Shown: in pieces, positions 1 to 12,290 of the stretch
Position numbering within the stretch: the stretch's first letter is position 1
How the letters are laid out: every line of letters begins with the position of its first letter
NCBI GenBank assembly: GCA_003731685.1
Contig: RCNO01000003.1
Span: 6,780-70,779 of the forward strand
Reading direction: 5' to 3'
DNA length: 64,000 bases
DNA from: Bacteroidetes/Chlorobi group bacterium MS-B_bin-24
Lineage (GTDB): Bacteria; Bacteroidota; Ignavibacteria; Kapaibacteriales; UBA2268
Translations under genes and position numbers: made by a program
Notes under the pieces: model-generated
Seen by the model: the letters and a program-made list of their open reading frames with translations, nothing else
Databases searched by the model: none
Told to the model about the DNA's origin: nothing

Positions 1-546
1 CCACGCAAAGCTGACCAATTGGTTCGAGGCACAGTAACGTTACCACACGGGACTGGACGCAAGGTTCGCGTTCTTGTTCTTTGCAAAAGTCCAAGAGATA
101 AAGAGGCACTGGAAGCGGGAGCCGATTACGCTGGCTTCGAAGAGTACATCGAAAAAATCAAAGGGGGATGGACTGATGTTGATGTAATAATTGCTACCCC
201 CGATGTTATGGGCGAAGTTGGTAAATTGGGAAAAATTCTTGGGCCTCGTGGGTTGATGCCAAACCCCAAAAGTGGTACCGTTACGATGGATGTTGCCAAG
301 GCTGTGAGGGAGGTGAAGGCTGGAAAAATTGAATATCGCGTCGATAAGACTGGAAATATTCACGCTTCGATTGGGAAATGTTCGTTTACTGTTGAGCAAC
401 TTGCCGAAAATGTCCAAGCTTTGTACCAGAGCATTATTAAAGCGAAACCTTCGACAGCAAAGGGACGATACGTGAAGAGCATTCATTTTTCGTCAACTAT
501 GGGTCCAAGCGTCGAAGTTGTTGAATCTTCGTTCCAAACAAATTAA
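1..546 (+). CDS. rplA: 50S ribosomal protein L1, 5' end cut by window edge
   Basis: The frame is open from nt 1 ([19 protein letters not shown]...), so the tracked start at 19 (TTG) is internal. The sequence is L1-like and sits directly upstream of rplJ-rplL-rpoBC. Confidence 0.93.
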   Translation, partial: PRKADQLVRGTVTLPHGTGRKVRVLVLCKSPRDKEALEAGADYAGFEEYIEKIKGGWTDVDVIIATPDVMGEVGKLGKILGPRGLMPNPKSGTVTMDVAKAVREVKAGKIEYRVDKTGNIHASIGKCSFTVEQLAENVQALYQSIIKAKPSTAKGRYVKSIHFSSTMGPSVEVVESSFQTN

Positions 547-646
547 TGGTTAAGAAGCTATTACGCACTCATAAATGGTAACAAGCGGCTTGCTTCTCGT
601 TCCTTTTGGAATGTAGTCGCTTAAAAGGAAAAGGAAGGGTAAAAAA

Positions 647-1171
647 ATGATAACGAAAGAGAAAAAAGTTGAACAGGTTCGGCGACTGGTTGAATTGTTC
701 AATAAAGCGAATGCCTACTATTTTATCGATTTTACAGGGATGACCGTTGAAAATACCCTTCAATTCCGAAGGGAACTGAAAAAGAACCAGATGGAATTGA
801 AGGTATCGAAGAACACATTGCTTGAACGAGCAATTTCGGAGTCGGGGAAACTGGGCAATTTTACTGGTGGCTTTCGTGGACCAACGGGAGTTGTCTTTGG
901 TTTTGGCGACCCGATTCAGCCAGCCAAATTGTTGAAGGAAAGAATCGATAAATTCCAGCAGCCGAAATTCAAAGGTGCTTTTGTCGAAGGAGTTGTCTAC
1001 GGGGCTGACCAATTGGACAAACTTGCATCGTTGCCATCGAAGGCAGATATAATTGCAAGTATTCTTGGGAGCTTGAACGCCCCAATCTCTGGAATTGTTG
1101 GTTCAATAAACTCGCTTATGCGAGACCTTGCATCTGTTATCGAAGAAGTTGCAAAGAAAAAATCATCATAA
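647..1171 (+). CDS. rplJ: 50S ribosomal protein L10
   Basis: 174-aa ORF with an L10-like N-terminus (KEKKVEQVRRLVELFNKANAYYFIDFTGMTV). It lies between rplA and rplL as in the conserved L10 operon. Confidence 0.92.
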   Translation: MITKEKKVEQVRRLVELFNKANAYYFIDFTGMTVENTLQFRRELKKNQMELKVSKNTLLERAISESGKLGNFTGGFRGPTGVVFGFGDPIQPAKLLKERIDKFQQPKFKGAFVEGVVYGADQLDKLASLPSKADIIASILGSLNAPISGIVGSINSLMRDLASVIEEVAKKKSS

Positions 1172-1205
1172 TTAATAATGTTTGTTAAAAATAAGGAGTT
1201 CTGAA

Positions 1206-1592
1206 ATGTCTGCAATAGTAGAAGAATTGGTCGAGAAGATATCGAATTTAACGCTTGTCGAAGCTGCTGAATTGAAGAAGGCACTCGAGGAGAAGTTCGG
1301 GGTAACAGCAGCCGCACCAGTTATGGTAGCCGGTGGAGCGGTACCCGGAGCGCCTGCAGAAGCACCAAAAGAAGAAGAAAAGACTGAATTCGATGTTGAA
1401 TTGACCGAAATGGGACCGAATAAACTTAATGTTATCAAGGTTATTCGCGAGATTACCGGGCTTGGCTTGAAGGAAGCTAAGGAATTAGTCGAAGGTGCAC
1501 CGAAGATGGTCAAAGAAGGCGTTAGCAAAGAAGAAGCCGAAGATATTAAGAAGAAACTCGAAGCCCAAGGTGCTAAAGTTACTTTGAAATAA
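1206..1592 (+). CDS. rplL: 50S ribosomal protein L7/L12
   Basis: Ala/Pro-rich hinge and the hallmark C-terminal domain ([28 protein letters not shown]...[14 protein letters not shown]). I moved the start to ATG 1206, 8 nt after AAGGAG (1192-1197). The tracked TTG at 1182 looks less likely. Confidence 0.92.
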   Translation: MSAIVEELVEKISNLTLVEAAELKKALEEKFGVTAAAPVMVAGGAVPGAPAEAPKEEEKTEFDVELTEMGPNKLNVIKVIREITGLGLKEAKELVEGAPKMVKEGVSKEEAEDIKKKLEAQGAKVTLK

Positions 1593-1603
1593 AGTAATTG
1601 TTT

Positions 1604-1640
1604 GGGACTGGGGCATTGAGCCCCGGTCCAATTTTGTTTA
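1604..1640 (+). terminator. Rho-independent terminator/attenuator between rplL and rpoB
   Basis: GGACTGGGGC (1605-1614), 5-nt loop, GCCCCGGTCC (1620-1629) with one G-U pair, followed by AATTTTGTTT. This is the classical position of the rplL-rpoB attenuator. Confidence 0.6.
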
Positions 1641-1778
1641 ACAAGGAATTTTGAATGGAATAAGACAATTGATAAAACAAGTTTTAGCTCCCGGCTTGTT
1701 AAAGGGTGAAGCCATGTTTATGGTTTTGCCATATATTTTTTTGAAAATAATGAAATAAAATAAATTCGGAGGAAACAA

Positions 1779-4700
1779 GTGAAAAAAGAATTATTCGAAA
1801 AAATAGCAAAAGAAAAAGGACTGAGTATCCTTCGGGGTGTTGAAAGCGATGGAACTGTGCGCCGGACCGAAAGGCTAAATTTTGGCAAAAACCGTCGTTT
1901 TGCCGATTTTCCAGATTTGCTCAGTGTGCAGTTGGAATCCTACGAAGAGTTCCTTCAAGAGGATGTTCCGCCCGAAGAAAGGCGGAATGTCGGCTTGCAA
2001 TATGCTTTCAATTCCAATTTTCCAGTCGAAGATACTTCAGGAGTCTATCAGCTTGAATTTATAAGTTATTCTATTGAAAAGCCAAAATACACCGAAGAAG
2101 AGTGCCGAGAGCGCGAGCTTACCTACTCGAAAGCTTTGAAAGCGAAACTCCGTCTTTCGAGCAAAGCTGCACCCGATTCCGAAGATTATATCGAGGCAGT
2201 AGAACAGGAAGTGTATTTGGGCAATATCCCGGCGATGACCTCTCGCGGAACATTTATCTTCAACGGCTCCGAGCGAGTTGTTGTTTCGCAGTTACACCGC
2301 TCCCCGGGAGTGTTCTTTGATGATACACTGCATCCAAATGGAACAAGGATTTATTCTGCACGGATTATTCCATTCAAAGGTTCTTGGTTGGAATTTACAA
2401 CCGATATCCACGAGGTCCTGACTACTTACGTCGACCGCAAGAAAAAGTTTTTGACGACAACTTTTCTGCGGGCTCTTGGCTATTCATCGGATATGGAAAT
2501 TATTCAATTGTTCCAATTAGACGAAATAGTTACAAATGAACAATTGAACGAGAGTTATGCAGGGAGAAAGCTTTCGAGCGATGTAGTCGATTTAACAACG
2601 GGCGAGATTATTGCAACCCGCGATATGATTTTGACCACCGATTTAATCGAAAAGATAAAAAGCACACAAGTTCTGGACATTCGCCTTTATAAACCCTACG
2701 ACCCAAGCGAAGAACCTGTGATTGCAAGGACACTTTCGAAAGACCCGACACGAAACCGCGAAGAAGCTTTGTATCATATATTTAGGCAGTTACGAACAAC
2801 CGACCCGCCCGATTTAGCTGCGGCGGAAGGACTTTTGGAAAAATTGTTCTTCAATCCAAAACGCTACGATTTGGGTATTGTTGGTCGGTTTAAGATAAAT
2901 AAGAAACTTGGGTTAAATATCGACCCCGAAATCACTGTTTTGACAATCGAAGATATTATTGCTTCGATTAAGCATCTTCTTTATCTGCACGACAATAAGC
3001 TGAGCGGAGACGATATAGACCATCTTGGAAATAGAAGGGTTCGAACAGTTGGCGAGCAACTAACTGCCCAAGTGAATCTTGGTCTTGCACGAATGACAAG
3101 AACCATCCGCGAGCGGTTAAGTGTTCGCGAAGCCGAAAGCCTTACTCCGCAGGATTTGGTTAACGCTCGAACGATGAACTCGGTGATTAACCAGTTCTTT
3201 GGAACGAACCAGCTTTCCCAATTTATGGACCAAACGAATCCACTTGCGGAGTTAACACATAAGCGCAGAACTTCTGCTCTTGGTCCCGGCGGGTTGAATC
3301 GCGAACGAGCTGGATTCGAGGTTCGCGACGTCCATTACACCCACTATGGTCGGCTTTGCCCGATTGAAACGCCCGAAGGTCCAAACATTGGTTTGATTTC
3401 TTCGCTTGCATTGTTTGCTCGAATAAATGAAAATGGTTTTATTGAAACACCTTACAGAAAAGTTGTTAATGGCGTTGTTACCGACGAAATTGAATACTTA
3501 ACTGCCGAAGATGAGGATGGGAAAATTATTGCAACAGCTCAAACTCCATTGGACGAAAACGGTAGAATTCTTGGGGATAAGGTTAATGCACGAGTTTCGG
3601 GCGACTTCGTGATTGTTTCACCCGAAGAAGTGAACTATCTCGAAGTTGCGACCGAACAGATTGCAAGCGCTGCTGCTTCGTTGATTCCATTCCTTGAACA
3701 CGACGACGCAAATCGTGCCCTGATGGGTTCGAATATGCAACGGCAGGCGGTTCCTTTGCTTCGACCCGAGGCCCCATTGATTGGTGCCGGTATGGAAGCA
3801 AAAGTGGCAAAAGATTCAAGAACTCTGCTTTTAGCCGAAGGACCCGGTGTTGTGACTTATGTGGATTCCCAAAGAATTAGGATTAAATACGATGATATTC
3901 GCTCCGAAGAGGAAAAGCTAACCGATTTCTCGTTCCAACCTGAGAAGGAATACCAACTTTTGAAATTTTTCCGAACCAACCAAGATACTTGTGTTAATCA
4001 AAAGCCTATTGTTAGAGTTGGCGACAGAGTATTCAAGGGAATGCCTATTGCCGATGGAGCGGGAACGGATAACGGGGAACTTGCGCTGGGCAGAAATGTT
4101 TTGGCTGCTTTTATGCCATGGCGCGGCTATAACTTCGAGGACGCAATTGTGGTTTCGGAAAGACTTGTTGCCCAAGATATTTTCACATCGGTGCATATAG
4201 AAGAGTTTACTTTGCAGGTGCGCGATACGAAAAGAGGAGAAGAAGAGTTTACTCGCGACATTCCCAATGTTTCGGAAGAAGCCACGAAAGACTTGGACGA
4301 AGATGGCATTATCCGTGTTGGAGCTAAGGTTCGGGAAGGAGATATTTTGATAGGTAAGATAACTCCCAAAGGCGAAACGGACCCAACACCCGAAGAGAAA
4401 TTGCTCCGCGCAATCTTTGGCGATAAAGCTGGCGATGTTAAAGATACATCCTTGAAGGCTCCGCCGGGGTTGAAAGGTGTGGTTATCAATACAAAACTCT
4501 TTTCGCGAAGACATATCAGGAGTTTCGAAACCGAAGCCGAAGAGAATCGCAAACTTGAACAAATTAACCGTGCAGAACAAGAGAAACTTCGTGAGTTGAG
4601 CCACGAAGCAATTGTGAAATTGGCTAATATCTTAGATGGTCATAAGGTTTATGGATTGAAACTTAAAAATGGTGAAGTGATTTTCCCCAGCGGACACAAA

Positions 4701-5642
4701 GTTTCTGCCGAAGAGGTTATGCAATTCTTTTCGACACAATCTGTTACTTTCGAAGCGATTGATTTTCCAGCAGATAAGCCAGTTGTTGCAAACAAGGAGC
4801 GCGAAGACCTCCTCCGGAAAATGATTAGAAATTATAATGACCAAAAATATAAGATACAACAAACATTTAGAGCTCAACGAGCCAAAATAACCACTGGCGA
4901 CGAGCTTCAGCCCGGAATTGTAAAGATGGCAAAGGTTTACATTGCTAAAAAGAGAAAGCTTATGGTTGGCGATAAAATGGCTGGTCGCCATGGGAACAAG
5001 GGCATCGTTTCGATTATTGTTCCTGTCGAAGATATGCCATTCTTGCCCGATGGAACACCTGTCGATATCGTTTTGAATCCTCTTGGTGTGCCTTCGCGTA
5101 TGAATCTGGGACAATTGTTCGAGACTTCTTTGGGCTGGGCAGCTCAAAAATTAGGATTGAGATTTGCTTCGCCAATTTTTGATGGTGCCACTTGGGAACA
5201 AGTTTCGGAGTTTTTGCAAATGGCAGGGTTGCCAGCCGATGGGAAAACAATTCTTTACGATGGTCGAACAGGCGAGCCATTCCACGAAAAAGTAACTGTT
5301 GGAGTGATTTATATGATGAAACTTGTTCATATGGTCGAAGATAAAATCCACGCTCGTTCGATTGGTCCTTATTCGTTGATTACGCAACAACCTTTGGGCG
5401 GAAAGGCTCAGTTCGGTGGACAGAGGCTTGGGGAAATGGAGGTTTGGGCTTTGGAAGCTTACGGCGCTGCACATACTTTGCAAGAAATGCTCACAATTAA
5501 ATCCGATGATGTTGTAGGCAGAGCTAAAGCTTACGAAGCAATTGTCAAAGGCGATAATTTGGCCGACCCCAATGTTCCAGAATCGTTCAATGTCTTGGTT
5601 CGTGAATTACAAGGATTGTGTCTTGATGTTATTATTGAATAA
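1779..5642 (+). CDS. rpoB: DNA-directed RNA polymerase subunit beta
   Basis: 1287-aa ORF with a GTG start after GGAGGAAACAA. Conserved beta-subunit blocks are present (NMQRQAVPL, GDKMAGRHGNKGIVS, GGQRLGEMEVWALEAYGAA). Confidence 0.98.
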   Translation: MKKELFEKIAKEKGLSILRGVESDGTVRRTERLNFGKNRRFADFPDLLSVQLESYEEFLQEDVPPEERRNVGLQYAFNSNFPVEDTSGVYQLEFISYSIEKPKYTEEECRERELTYSKALKAKLRLSSKAAPDSEDYIEAVEQEVYLGNIPAMTSRGTFIFNGSERVVVSQLHRSPGVFFDDTLHPNGTRIYSARIIPFKGSWLEFTTDIHEVLTTYVDRKKKFLTTTFLRALGYSSDMEIIQLFQLDEIVTNEQLNESYAGRKLSSDVVDLTTGEIIATRDMILTTDLIEKIKSTQVLDIRLYKPYDPSEEPVIARTLSKDPTRNREEALYHIFRQLRTTDPPDLAAAEGLLEKLFFNPKRYDLGIVGRFKINKKLGLNIDPEITVLTIEDIIASIKHLLYLHDNKLSGDDIDHLGNRRVRTVGEQLTAQVNLGLARMTRTIRERLSVREAESLTPQDLVNARTMNSVINQFFGTNQLSQFMDQTNPLAELTHKRRTSALGPGGLNRERAGFEVRDVHYTHYGRLCPIETPEGPNIGLISSLALFARINENGFIETPYRKVVNGVVTDEIEYLTAEDEDGKIIATAQTPLDENGRILGDKVNARVSGDFVIVSPEEVNYLEVATEQIASAAASLIPFLEHDDANRALMGSNMQRQAVPLLRPEAPLIGAGMEAKVAKDSRTLLLAEGPGVVTYVDSQRIRIKYDDIRSEEEKLTDFSFQPEKEYQLLKFFRTNQDTCVNQKPIVRVGDRVFKGMPIADGAGTDNGELALGRNVLAAFMPWRGYNFEDAIVVSERLVAQDIFTSVHIEEFTLQVRDTKRGEEEFTRDIPNVSEEATKDLDEDGIIRVGAKVREGDILIGKITPKGETDPTPEEKLLRAIFGDKAGDVKDTSLKAPPGLKGVVINTKLFSRRHIRSFETEAEENRKLEQINRAEQEKLRELSHEAIVKLANILDGHKVYGLKLKNGEVIFPSGHKVSAEEVMQFFSTQSVTFEAIDFPADKPVVANKEREDLLRKMIRNYNDQKYKIQQTFRAQRAKITTGDELQPGIVKMAKVYIAKKRKLMVGDKMAGRHGNKGIVSIIVPVEDMPFLPDGTPVDIVLNPLGVPSRMNLGQLFETSLGWAAQKLGLRFASPIFDGATWEQVSEFLQMAGLPADGKTILYDGRTGEPFHEKVTVGVIYMMKLVHMVEDKIHARSIGPYSLITQQPLGGKAQFGGQRLGEMEVWALEAYGAAHTLQEMLTIKSDDVVGRAKAYEAIVKGDNLADPNVPESFNVLVRELQGLCLDVIIE

Positions 5643-5669
5643 AAATATTAAAAATAAATTGGTGTAAAA

Positions 5670-8600
5670 ATGCAAGCAAAGCCAATTCCAAAAAAAGGTT
5701 TTCGGAAAGTTATGATTAAGCTGGCTTCCCCGGATTCTATACTTGAACGCTCTCGCGGGGAAGTTACCAGACCAGAAACTATTAACTATCGTTCTTATCG
5801 ACCAGAAAAAGATGGTTTATTTTGTGAGAGAATTTTTGGTCCCGTAAAAGACTGGGAATGTGCCTGCGGGAAATATAAACGAATTCGATACAAGGGAATA
5901 ATTTGCGACCGTTGCGGTGTCGAGGTTACTCAAAAGACCGTTCGCCGAGAGCGGATGGGTCGTATTATGCTTGCAACTCCTGTTGTGCACATTTGGTTTT
6001 TGAGAAGTTTGCCCAGCAAAATTGGTGCGGTTCTTGGTTTATCGACCAAAGATTTGGAAAAAATAACATATTACGAAACTTATGTAGTTGTTAATCCCGG
6101 CCGGTTCCCATTCAAAAAATACGACCTTCTTTCGGATGTAGAATACCAGAACATTATGAGCCAAATTCCCGAAGAGGAGAAGTATCTCGATGATGACGAC
6201 CCGAACAAATTCGTTGCTTTAATGGGCGGACAGGCTATTAAAGAGCTATTGAAGCGGGTCGACGTCGAAGATGAATATTACCGATTACGTCAGGAGATGC
6301 GAGATGAGACCAACCTACAGAAGAAACAGGAATTGTTGAAGCGACTTAAGGTTTTGGAGGCATTTCTACCGGACGAAAAGACTGACGAACCAATCAACAA
6401 GCCCGAGTGGATGGTGCTCGATGTTATCCCGGTTATACCGCCAGACCTTCGACCTTTGATACCACTCGAAGGCGGTAGGTTTGCTGCTTCGGATTTGAAC
6501 GATTTGTATCGCCGGGTTATTATTCGCAACAATAGATTAAAGCGATTAATTGATATAAAAGCTCCGGGCGTAATTATCCGAAACGAACAGAGGATGTTGC
6601 AAGAAAGCGTTGATGCTTTGTTCGATAGTTCACGGAAAGCCACGAAGACCGAAGCTACTCGACCATTAAAATCCCTTGCCGACGCATTGAAAGGCAAACA
6701 AGGACGGTTCCGTCAGAATTTGCTTGGTAAGCGTGTGGATTATTCTGGCCGTTCGGTTATCGTTGTTGGTCCAGAATTGAAGATGCACGAGTGTGGCTTG
6801 CCGAAAGATATGGCTGTCGAATTGTTTAAGCCATTTATTATTAGGAAGTTAATCGAGCGGGGCTATGTCAAAACCGTTAAAAGTGCCAAGAAAATGGTCG
6901 AGCAAAAACGGACCGAGGTTTGGGATATCCTTGAGAAGGTAATCGAGAACCATCCCGTATTACTCAACCGCGCTCCGACACTTCACAGAGTTGGTATTCA
7001 GGCATTCCAACCAAGACTAATCGAAGGAAAAGCAATTCAACTACATCCGTTGGTTTGTACAGCGTTCAACGCAGACTTCGACGGCGACCAAATGGCTGTG
7101 CACGTTCCGCTAAGTTGGGAGGCACAGCTCGAGGCTTTGCTTTTGATGCTGGCTCCGCATAACATTATGCATACTCAAAATGGCGACCCAATTGCTGTTC
7201 CTTCGCAAGATATGGTCTTGGGAATCTATTACATTACAAAAGCCAAATCGGGCGTAAAAGGCGAAGGCAAGTTGTTTAATTCTCCCGAGGAAGTGATTAT
7301 TGCATACAATAACGGCGCAGTTGACTTGCATGCTAAAATCAAAGTGAGAATGGACGGCAAATATGTCGAAACTACAACTGGCAGAATTTTGTTTAACCAG
7401 ATTGTGCCGAAAGAACTTGGATTTATCAATGAATTGTTGACAAAGAAGAGATTGCGCCAAATAATTGGTTATTGCTTCCGAATTGCAGGGCTGGCTACAA
7501 CAGTTGAATTTTTGGACAACTTGAAGCAAATGGGATTTGAATTTGCAACGCGTGGCGGTTTGTCGGTGGGTATTCCCGATGTAATTGTGCCAAAGGAGAA
7601 GTACGAAATTATCGAGCAAGCCCAAAAGCGCGTCGATGAAATCGAAAATGCTTACCAAAATGGTGTCATTAGCTTTGGCGAAAGATATAATAAGATTATC
7701 GATACTTGGTCGACAGCAACAAATCGTGTTGCGGATAAGTTGTATAATGAAATTGCCAAAGTATATCAAGGGTTCAATACATTCTGGATGATGCTTGATT
7801 CGCAGGCTCGTGGTTCCAAAGAGCAGATACGACAGCTTGCTGGGATGCGAGGTTTGATGGCAAAGCCTCGTAAATCGTTGACTGGTTCAACTGGTGAATT
7901 AATTGAGAACCCGATTCTTTCTAATTTCAAAGAAGGATTGTCGGTGCTTGAATATTTCATTTCCACACACGGTGCAAGAAAGGGACTTGCCGACACCGCT
8001 TTGAAGACCGCCGATGCTGGTTATCTAACTCGACGCTTGCACGATGTTGCCCAAGATATTATCATTACCGAAGTAGACTGTGGCACAATTCGTGGTGTTA
8101 ACACTACTGCTTTGAAGGAAGGCGAAGAGGTTAAAGAAACTTTGTACGAAAGAATTCTTGGTAGGGTTGCACTTTGGGATGTTGTTAATCCGTTGACCGG
8201 CGAGGTCCTTGTCAAGGCTGGAGAATTGATTGATGAGGAGATTGCACAAAAGATAGAAGAATCACCAGTCGAAGAAGTTACAATCCGAAGCGTTTTGACT
8301 TGCGAATCACGTCACGGAGTTTGTGCAAAATGTTACGGACGGAATCTTGCAACAGGTAAACTTGTGGATGTTGGCGAAGCAGTTGGGACAATTGCGTCGC
8401 AGTCAATTGGCGAGCCGGGTACTCAGCTGACCTTGAGAACATTCCACACTGGTGGAACTGCATTACTGATAACGAGCCAGTCCTCTGTAACAGCAAAATT
8501 CGATGGTGTAGTGCAATTCGAAAATGTCCGAATTGTAACCTACGAGGAAGATGAAGAGGAAGTTCAAGTTGTTGTGTCCCGAAGTGGTGTTATAAATATC

Positions 8601-9950
8601 GTTGAACCTGAAAGCAACCGAGTTTTGACCAAATACGATGCTATGTATGGTGCAGTTTTGAAGGTTCGCGACGGCGAGCAAGTCAAAAAAGGTCAACTTT
8701 TGTACGAATGGGACCCATACAATGCTACGATTATTACGGAAGTTAGTGGTAGGGTTCGTTTCAAGGATATGATTCACAATGTTACTTATCGTGAGGTTAA
8801 TGATGAACAAACCGGACATATTACGAAGGTTGTAATTGAATCACGAGATAAAAATAAGCAACCTACGATTGAGATTCTTGACGACGAAGGCAATGTGCTT
8901 CGTTCCTATTCTATCCCCGTTAAGGCCCAATTAAGAGTAGATGAGGATGAATATGTTGGTGTTGGAACTGCACTGGTGAAAATCCCACGAGATTTGGGTC
9001 GTATGCGTGATATCACTGGTGGTTTGCCTCGTGTAACGGAATTATTCGAAGCAAGGGCACCGCAGAATCCTGCTATCGTTTCCGAAATCGATGGTATTGT
9101 TACCTTCGACAAAGTCAAGCGTGGACAAAGAACGATTTTGGTTACTTCGCTCGATGGGAAAACAGTGCGGGATTACAACATTCCGTTTGGGAAATACATC
9201 CTTGTTCAAGATGGGGATTTCGTTCGCGCTGGCGACCGCCTGACCGATGGAGATATAAACCCGCACGATATACTTAGAATCAAAGGACCGCACGCTGTCC
9301 AAGAATACTTGGTTAATGAGATCCAAGAAGTTTATCGAATGCAAGGTGTTAAGATAAACGACAAGCATATTGAGATTATCGTTCGTCAGATGTTGCAAAA
9401 ATATAAAATTTCCGACCCGGGCGATTCCCGCTTCCTTGAAAATGATTATGTCGACAGAATCCGTATTCTCGACGAGAACGAGAAGTTGAAGAAGCAAGTT
9501 GTTATTACGGATAAGGGTGATTCGAAGTTTAAAGTCGGGCAGATAGTAAGCAAGGACAAGTTCCGCGAGGTTAACCAAGATTTGCGAAAGAAAGGCAAGA
9601 AAGTAGCCCAAGCCCGACCTGCTGAACCGGCGATAGCCGAGCCTGTCCTGTTGGGCATCACCCAAGCTTCGTTGGAGACCGACAGCTGGCTTTCGGCTGC
9701 GTCGTTCCAAGAAACCACGCGTGTTCTTTCCGAAGCCGCCGTCGAAGCCAAGGTGGATTATCTTTATGGCTTGAAGGAAAACATTATTCTTGGTCAACTC
9801 ATTCCCGCTGGCACAGGCTTGAAACATTATCAAGATATGATAGTTAAAAGTAAAGTAGGGAATATATTTGCCGAAGAGATTGAATTGCCACCGACCGTTA
9901 TTCAAAGGGCTACCCCAATTGAACCATCGCGGGAAATCGAATCGTTGTGA
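5670..9950 (+). CDS. rpoC: DNA-directed RNA polymerase subunit beta'
   Basis: 1426-aa ORF with the N-terminal zinc-binding Cys cluster ([23 protein letters not shown]) and the catalytic NADFDGDQM motif. It directly follows rpoB. Confidence 0.98.
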   Translation: MQAKPIPKKGFRKVMIKLASPDSILERSRGEVTRPETINYRSYRPEKDGLFCERIFGPVKDWECACGKYKRIRYKGIICDRCGVEVTQKTVRRERMGRIMLATPVVHIWFLRSLPSKIGAVLGLSTKDLEKITYYETYVVVNPGRFPFKKYDLLSDVEYQNIMSQIPEEEKYLDDDDPNKFVALMGGQAIKELLKRVDVEDEYYRLRQEMRDETNLQKKQELLKRLKVLEAFLPDEKTDEPINKPEWMVLDVIPVIPPDLRPLIPLEGGRFAASDLNDLYRRVIIRNNRLKRLIDIKAPGVIIRNEQRMLQESVDALFDSSRKATKTEATRPLKSLADALKGKQGRFRQNLLGKRVDYSGRSVIVVGPELKMHECGLPKDMAVELFKPFIIRKLIERGYVKTVKSAKKMVEQKRTEVWDILEKVIENHPVLLNRAPTLHRVGIQAFQPRLIEGKAIQLHPLVCTAFNADFDGDQMAVHVPLSWEAQLEALLLMLAPHNIMHTQNGDPIAVPSQDMVLGIYYITKAKSGVKGEGKLFNSPEEVIIAYNNGAVDLHAKIKVRMDGKYVETTTGRILFNQIVPKELGFINELLTKKRLRQIIGYCFRIAGLATTVEFLDNLKQMGFEFATRGGLSVGIPDVIVPKEKYEIIEQAQKRVDEIENAYQNGVISFGERYNKIIDTWSTATNRVADKLYNEIAKVYQGFNTFWMMLDSQARGSKEQIRQLAGMRGLMAKPRKSLTGSTGELIENPILSNFKEGLSVLEYFISTHGARKGLADTALKTADAGYLTRRLHDVAQDIIITEVDCGTIRGVNTTALKEGEEVKETLYERILGRVALWDVVNPLTGEVLVKAGELIDEEIAQKIEESPVEEVTIRSVLTCESRHGVCAKCYGRNLATGKLVDVGEAVGTIASQSIGEPGTQLTLRTFHTGGTALLITSQSSVTAKFDGVVQFENVRIVTYEEDEEEVQVVVSRSGVINIVEPESNRVLTKYDAMYGAVLKVRDGEQVKKGQLLYEWDPYNATIITEVSGRVRFKDMIHNVTYREVNDEQTGHITKVVIESRDKNKQPTIEILDDEGNVLRSYSIPVKAQLRVDEDEYVGVGTALVKIPRDLGRMRDITGGLPRVTELFEARAPQNPAIVSEIDGIVTFDKVKRGQRTILVTSLDGKTVRDYNIPFGKYILVQDGDFVRAGDRLTDGDINPHDILRIKGPHAVQEYLVNEIQEVYRMQGVKINDKHIEIIVRQMLQKYKISDPGDSRFLENDYVDRIRILDENEKLKKQVVITDKGDSKFKVGQIVSKDKFREVNQDLRKKGKKVAQARPAEPAIAEPVLLGITQASLETDSWLSAASFQETTRVLSEAAVEAKVDYLYGLKENIILGQLIPAGTGLKHYQDMIVKSKVGNIFAEEIELPPTVIQRATPIEPSREIESL

Positions 9951-9992
9951 GAAATATAATTTTTTCGGAGGTTAATTATTTGAATTATATGG

Positions 9993-10040
9993 GCGTAGCA
10001 ATGAAAATGAAAATTGCTACGCTCATTTTAATGTTTTTAC
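9993..10040 (+). terminator. Rho-independent terminator after rpoC
   Basis: Perfect 10-bp stem GCGTAGCAAT (9993-10002) / ATTGCTACGC (10013-10022) with a 10-nt loop, then TCATTTTAATGTTTTT. Confidence 0.6.
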
Positions 10041-10155
10041 AATAATTGATAATGTTTCCGAAACAGAATTTTTAGAAATTTGCTTAAAATTAACATAGAT
10101 TAAAAATATTTGTTGTTTGAAACCTTGAAATTTTTGTGAACAATTTGTTTTGTTT

Positions 10156-12249
10156 ATGGACCATATTTATAATTTAAGTTTAATAAGGAATATAGGGATT
10201 ACCGCTCATATTGATTCTGGTAAGACCACACTGAGCGAAAGGATATTGTATTACACTGGGAAAATACACCAAATTGTTGAGGTGCGCGATAAAAGCGGAG
10301 CCGGACCCACTCTCGATGCGATGGATTTGGAAAGAGAAAAAGGAATTACAATTCAATCTGCTTCGACTTATTTTAAGTGGAAAGATTATCATACAAACTT
10401 AATTGATACACCCGGGCACATAGACTTTACAGTAGAGGTTGAACGGGCTTTGCGAGTTCTCGATGGTGCGATACTTGTGTTGTGTGCTGTTGCTGGTGTG
10501 CAAAGCCAAACTATTACTGTGGACCGGCAGACTCGTCGCTACAATGTGGCACGGATTGCGTTCATCAACAAAGTAGATAGGTCGGGTGCCAATCCCGATA
10601 AAGTCTTACAGCAGATGAAGGAGAAATTGAACCTTAGGCCTGTGTTGGTTACAATGCCTATTGGGCTCGAAGATAGCTTTGCAGGGGTGGTCGACCTTTT
10701 GAAAATGAAAGCGGTATATTTCGAAGGAAATAATGGCGAAATTGTTGTCGAAAAAGATATTCCCGATGAGCTTATAGAAGAAGCAACCTTCCGACGGCTA
10801 CAACTTGTTGAAACACTGGCTGATTTTGATGATGAAATTGCTGAACTATATCTTGCCGACGAGGAAGTGCCAACGGAGGTGATTATTCCTGTGCTACGCC
10901 GCTTGACAATTTCGCATCTTGTTACCCCCGTATATGTTGGCTCGGCAAAGAAGAACAAGGGTGTTCAACCTTTGCTCGATGGAGTGGGTATGTTCCTGCC
11001 AAGCCCCGATGAGCGAGAAAACGAAGCCTTCGATTTAGATAATAGCGAAGCGAAGGTGAAATTGTCCTGCGATATTGATAAGCCTTTTGTTGGCTTGGCA
11101 TTTAAACTCGAAGATGGTCGCTTTGGGCAGTTGACTTATATGAGGATTTACCAGGGCAAGGTTAGGAAAGGCGATGTAATTTATAATACGAAGAGCAAGA
11201 AGAAGATTAAAGTGCCAAGAATTGTAAGGATGCATGCACAAGAGATGCACGATATCGAAGAGGCTTATGCTGGAGATATTGTAGCAATGTTTGGTGTTGA
11301 ATGTTATTCAGGTGATACTTTTACCGATGGTACGGTGAATTATTCCCTGCAATCTATGTTTGTGCCTACACCAGTGATTGAGCTTTCTGTTGCACCGAAA
11401 GAGAAGACCACGCTTTCGAACTTCTCGAAAGCATTGAATAGATTCCAAAAAGAGGACCCAACATTTCAGGTTATGCGCGACGAGGAAACTGGCGAAACGA
11501 TAATAAAAGGTATGGGAGAACTCCATCTGGAGATTTATATCGAAAGAATCAAAAGAGAATACAATTGTGAAGTAGTGGTTGGGAAAACCAAGGTTGCGTA
11601 TCGCGAGACAATCACTCGTAGAGCGGACTTTAATTATACCCACAAGAAGCAAACGGGGGGAGCAGGACAGTTTGCACGCGTTGGTGGTTATGTCGAACCG
11701 ATACCAGCGACCGAAGGTAAAGAACATGAATTTGTCGACCAAGTTGTTGGTGGAGTAATAGCCCGAGAATTTATCCCGGCTTGCGATAAAGGATTTCAAG
11801 AGCAATTGAAGGAAGGCATTTTGATTGGGCAACCAGTTGTTAATGTGCGAGTTGTTTTGAATGATGGACAAACACACCCTGTCGATTCATCGGAACTTGC
11901 TTTTAAGCTTGCATCGAAATATGCATTGAAAGAAGCACTTGCAAAGGCGGGACCTGTGATTTTAGAACCAATTATGAAGTTGGAAGTAACAGCACCCGAA
12001 GAGTTCCAAGGAGTGATTATTGGACAAATTAACCAAAGGCGTGGAATAATTATGAACACGCGAATTGATAATGGCTTTGTAGTTATCGAAGCCGAGGTAC
12101 CATTGAAGGAAATGTTTGGGTATTCTTCGGATTTGCGTGGGGTAACTCAAGGCAAAGGGGAGTTTACGATGGAGTTCCTTAAGTATTCTTCCGTGCCCAA
12201 AAGCGTGCAGGATGAATTAATCGAAGAATATCGAAAGAGTAAGAAATAA
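10156..12249 (+). CDS. Elongation factor G paralogue (mitochondrial EF-G1 / spd-EFG1-like), intact domain IV loops
   Basis: G motifs [14 protein letters not shown] and NKVD are present. Strings such as [28 protein letters not shown] and [14 protein letters not shown] recall mtEF-G1. The domain IV loops [11 protein letters not shown] and [14 protein letters not shown] are intact. The start could be ATG 10156 or the tracked TTG 10150. Confidence 0.9.
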   Translation: MDHIYNLSLIRNIGITAHIDSGKTTLSERILYYTGKIHQIVEVRDKSGAGPTLDAMDLEREKGITIQSASTYFKWKDYHTNLIDTPGHIDFTVEVERALRVLDGAILVLCAVAGVQSQTITVDRQTRRYNVARIAFINKVDRSGANPDKVLQQMKEKLNLRPVLVTMPIGLEDSFAGVVDLLKMKAVYFEGNNGEIVVEKDIPDELIEEATFRRLQLVETLADFDDEIAELYLADEEVPTEVIIPVLRRLTISHLVTPVYVGSAKKNKGVQPLLDGVGMFLPSPDERENEAFDLDNSEAKVKLSCDIDKPFVGLAFKLEDGRFGQLTYMRIYQGKVRKGDVIYNTKSKKKIKVPRIVRMHAQEMHDIEEAYAGDIVAMFGVECYSGDTFTDGTVNYSLQSMFVPTPVIELSVAPKEKTTLSNFSKALNRFQKEDPTFQVMRDEETGETIIKGMGELHLEIYIERIKREYNCEVVVGKTKVAYRETITRRADFNYTHKKQTGGAGQFARVGGYVEPIPATEGKEHEFVDQVVGGVIAREFIPACDKGFQEQLKEGILIGQPVVNVRVVLNDGQTHPVDSSELAFKLASKYALKEALAKAGPVILEPIMKLEVTAPEEFQGVIIGQINQRRGIIMNTRIDNGFVVIEAEVPLKEMFGYSSDLRGVTQGKGEFTMEFLKYSSVPKSVQDELIEEYRKSKK

Positions 12250-12290
12250 AAATTTTTAAAAATTTTTTAAAAACTTTTTAAAAAGATTTT
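12248..12290. repeat. Four phased A5/T5 tracts (period 10-11 bp)
   Basis: AAAAATTTTT / AAAAATTTTTT / AAAAACTTTTT / AAAAAGATTTT read directly after the EF-G paralogue stop codon. The helical-repeat phasing suggests curved DNA or an UP-like element upstream of rpsL. Confidence 0.6.

Noticed and set aside
547-646. rplJ leader as an L10(L12)4 autoregulatory RNA motif
   Set aside because: The position is right, but by eye I could find only a 5-bp AAGCG...CGCTT pairing. That is not enough to support the kink-turn mimic without a covariance-model search.
3918-4604. 228-aa ORF on the minus strand inside rpoB, plus similar ORFs at 4127-4552 and 4632-5147
   Set aside because: It lies fully antisense to a strongly conserved rpoB coding region. 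The sequence is low-complexity and not protein-like, and I recognised no motifs. This is a typical shadow ORF.
9042-9905. 287-aa minus-strand ORF inside rpoC
   Set aside because: It is antisense to conserved rpoC sequence, has no recognisable domain and has no plausible ribosome-binding context. I treated it as a shadow ORF.
9989-10042. 17-codon ORF (MGVAMKMKIATLILMFLQ) between rpoC and the EF-G paralogue
   Set aside because: It coincides exactly with the rpoC terminator hairpin and its T-rich tail. It has no ribosome-binding site, so it is most likely fortuitous.
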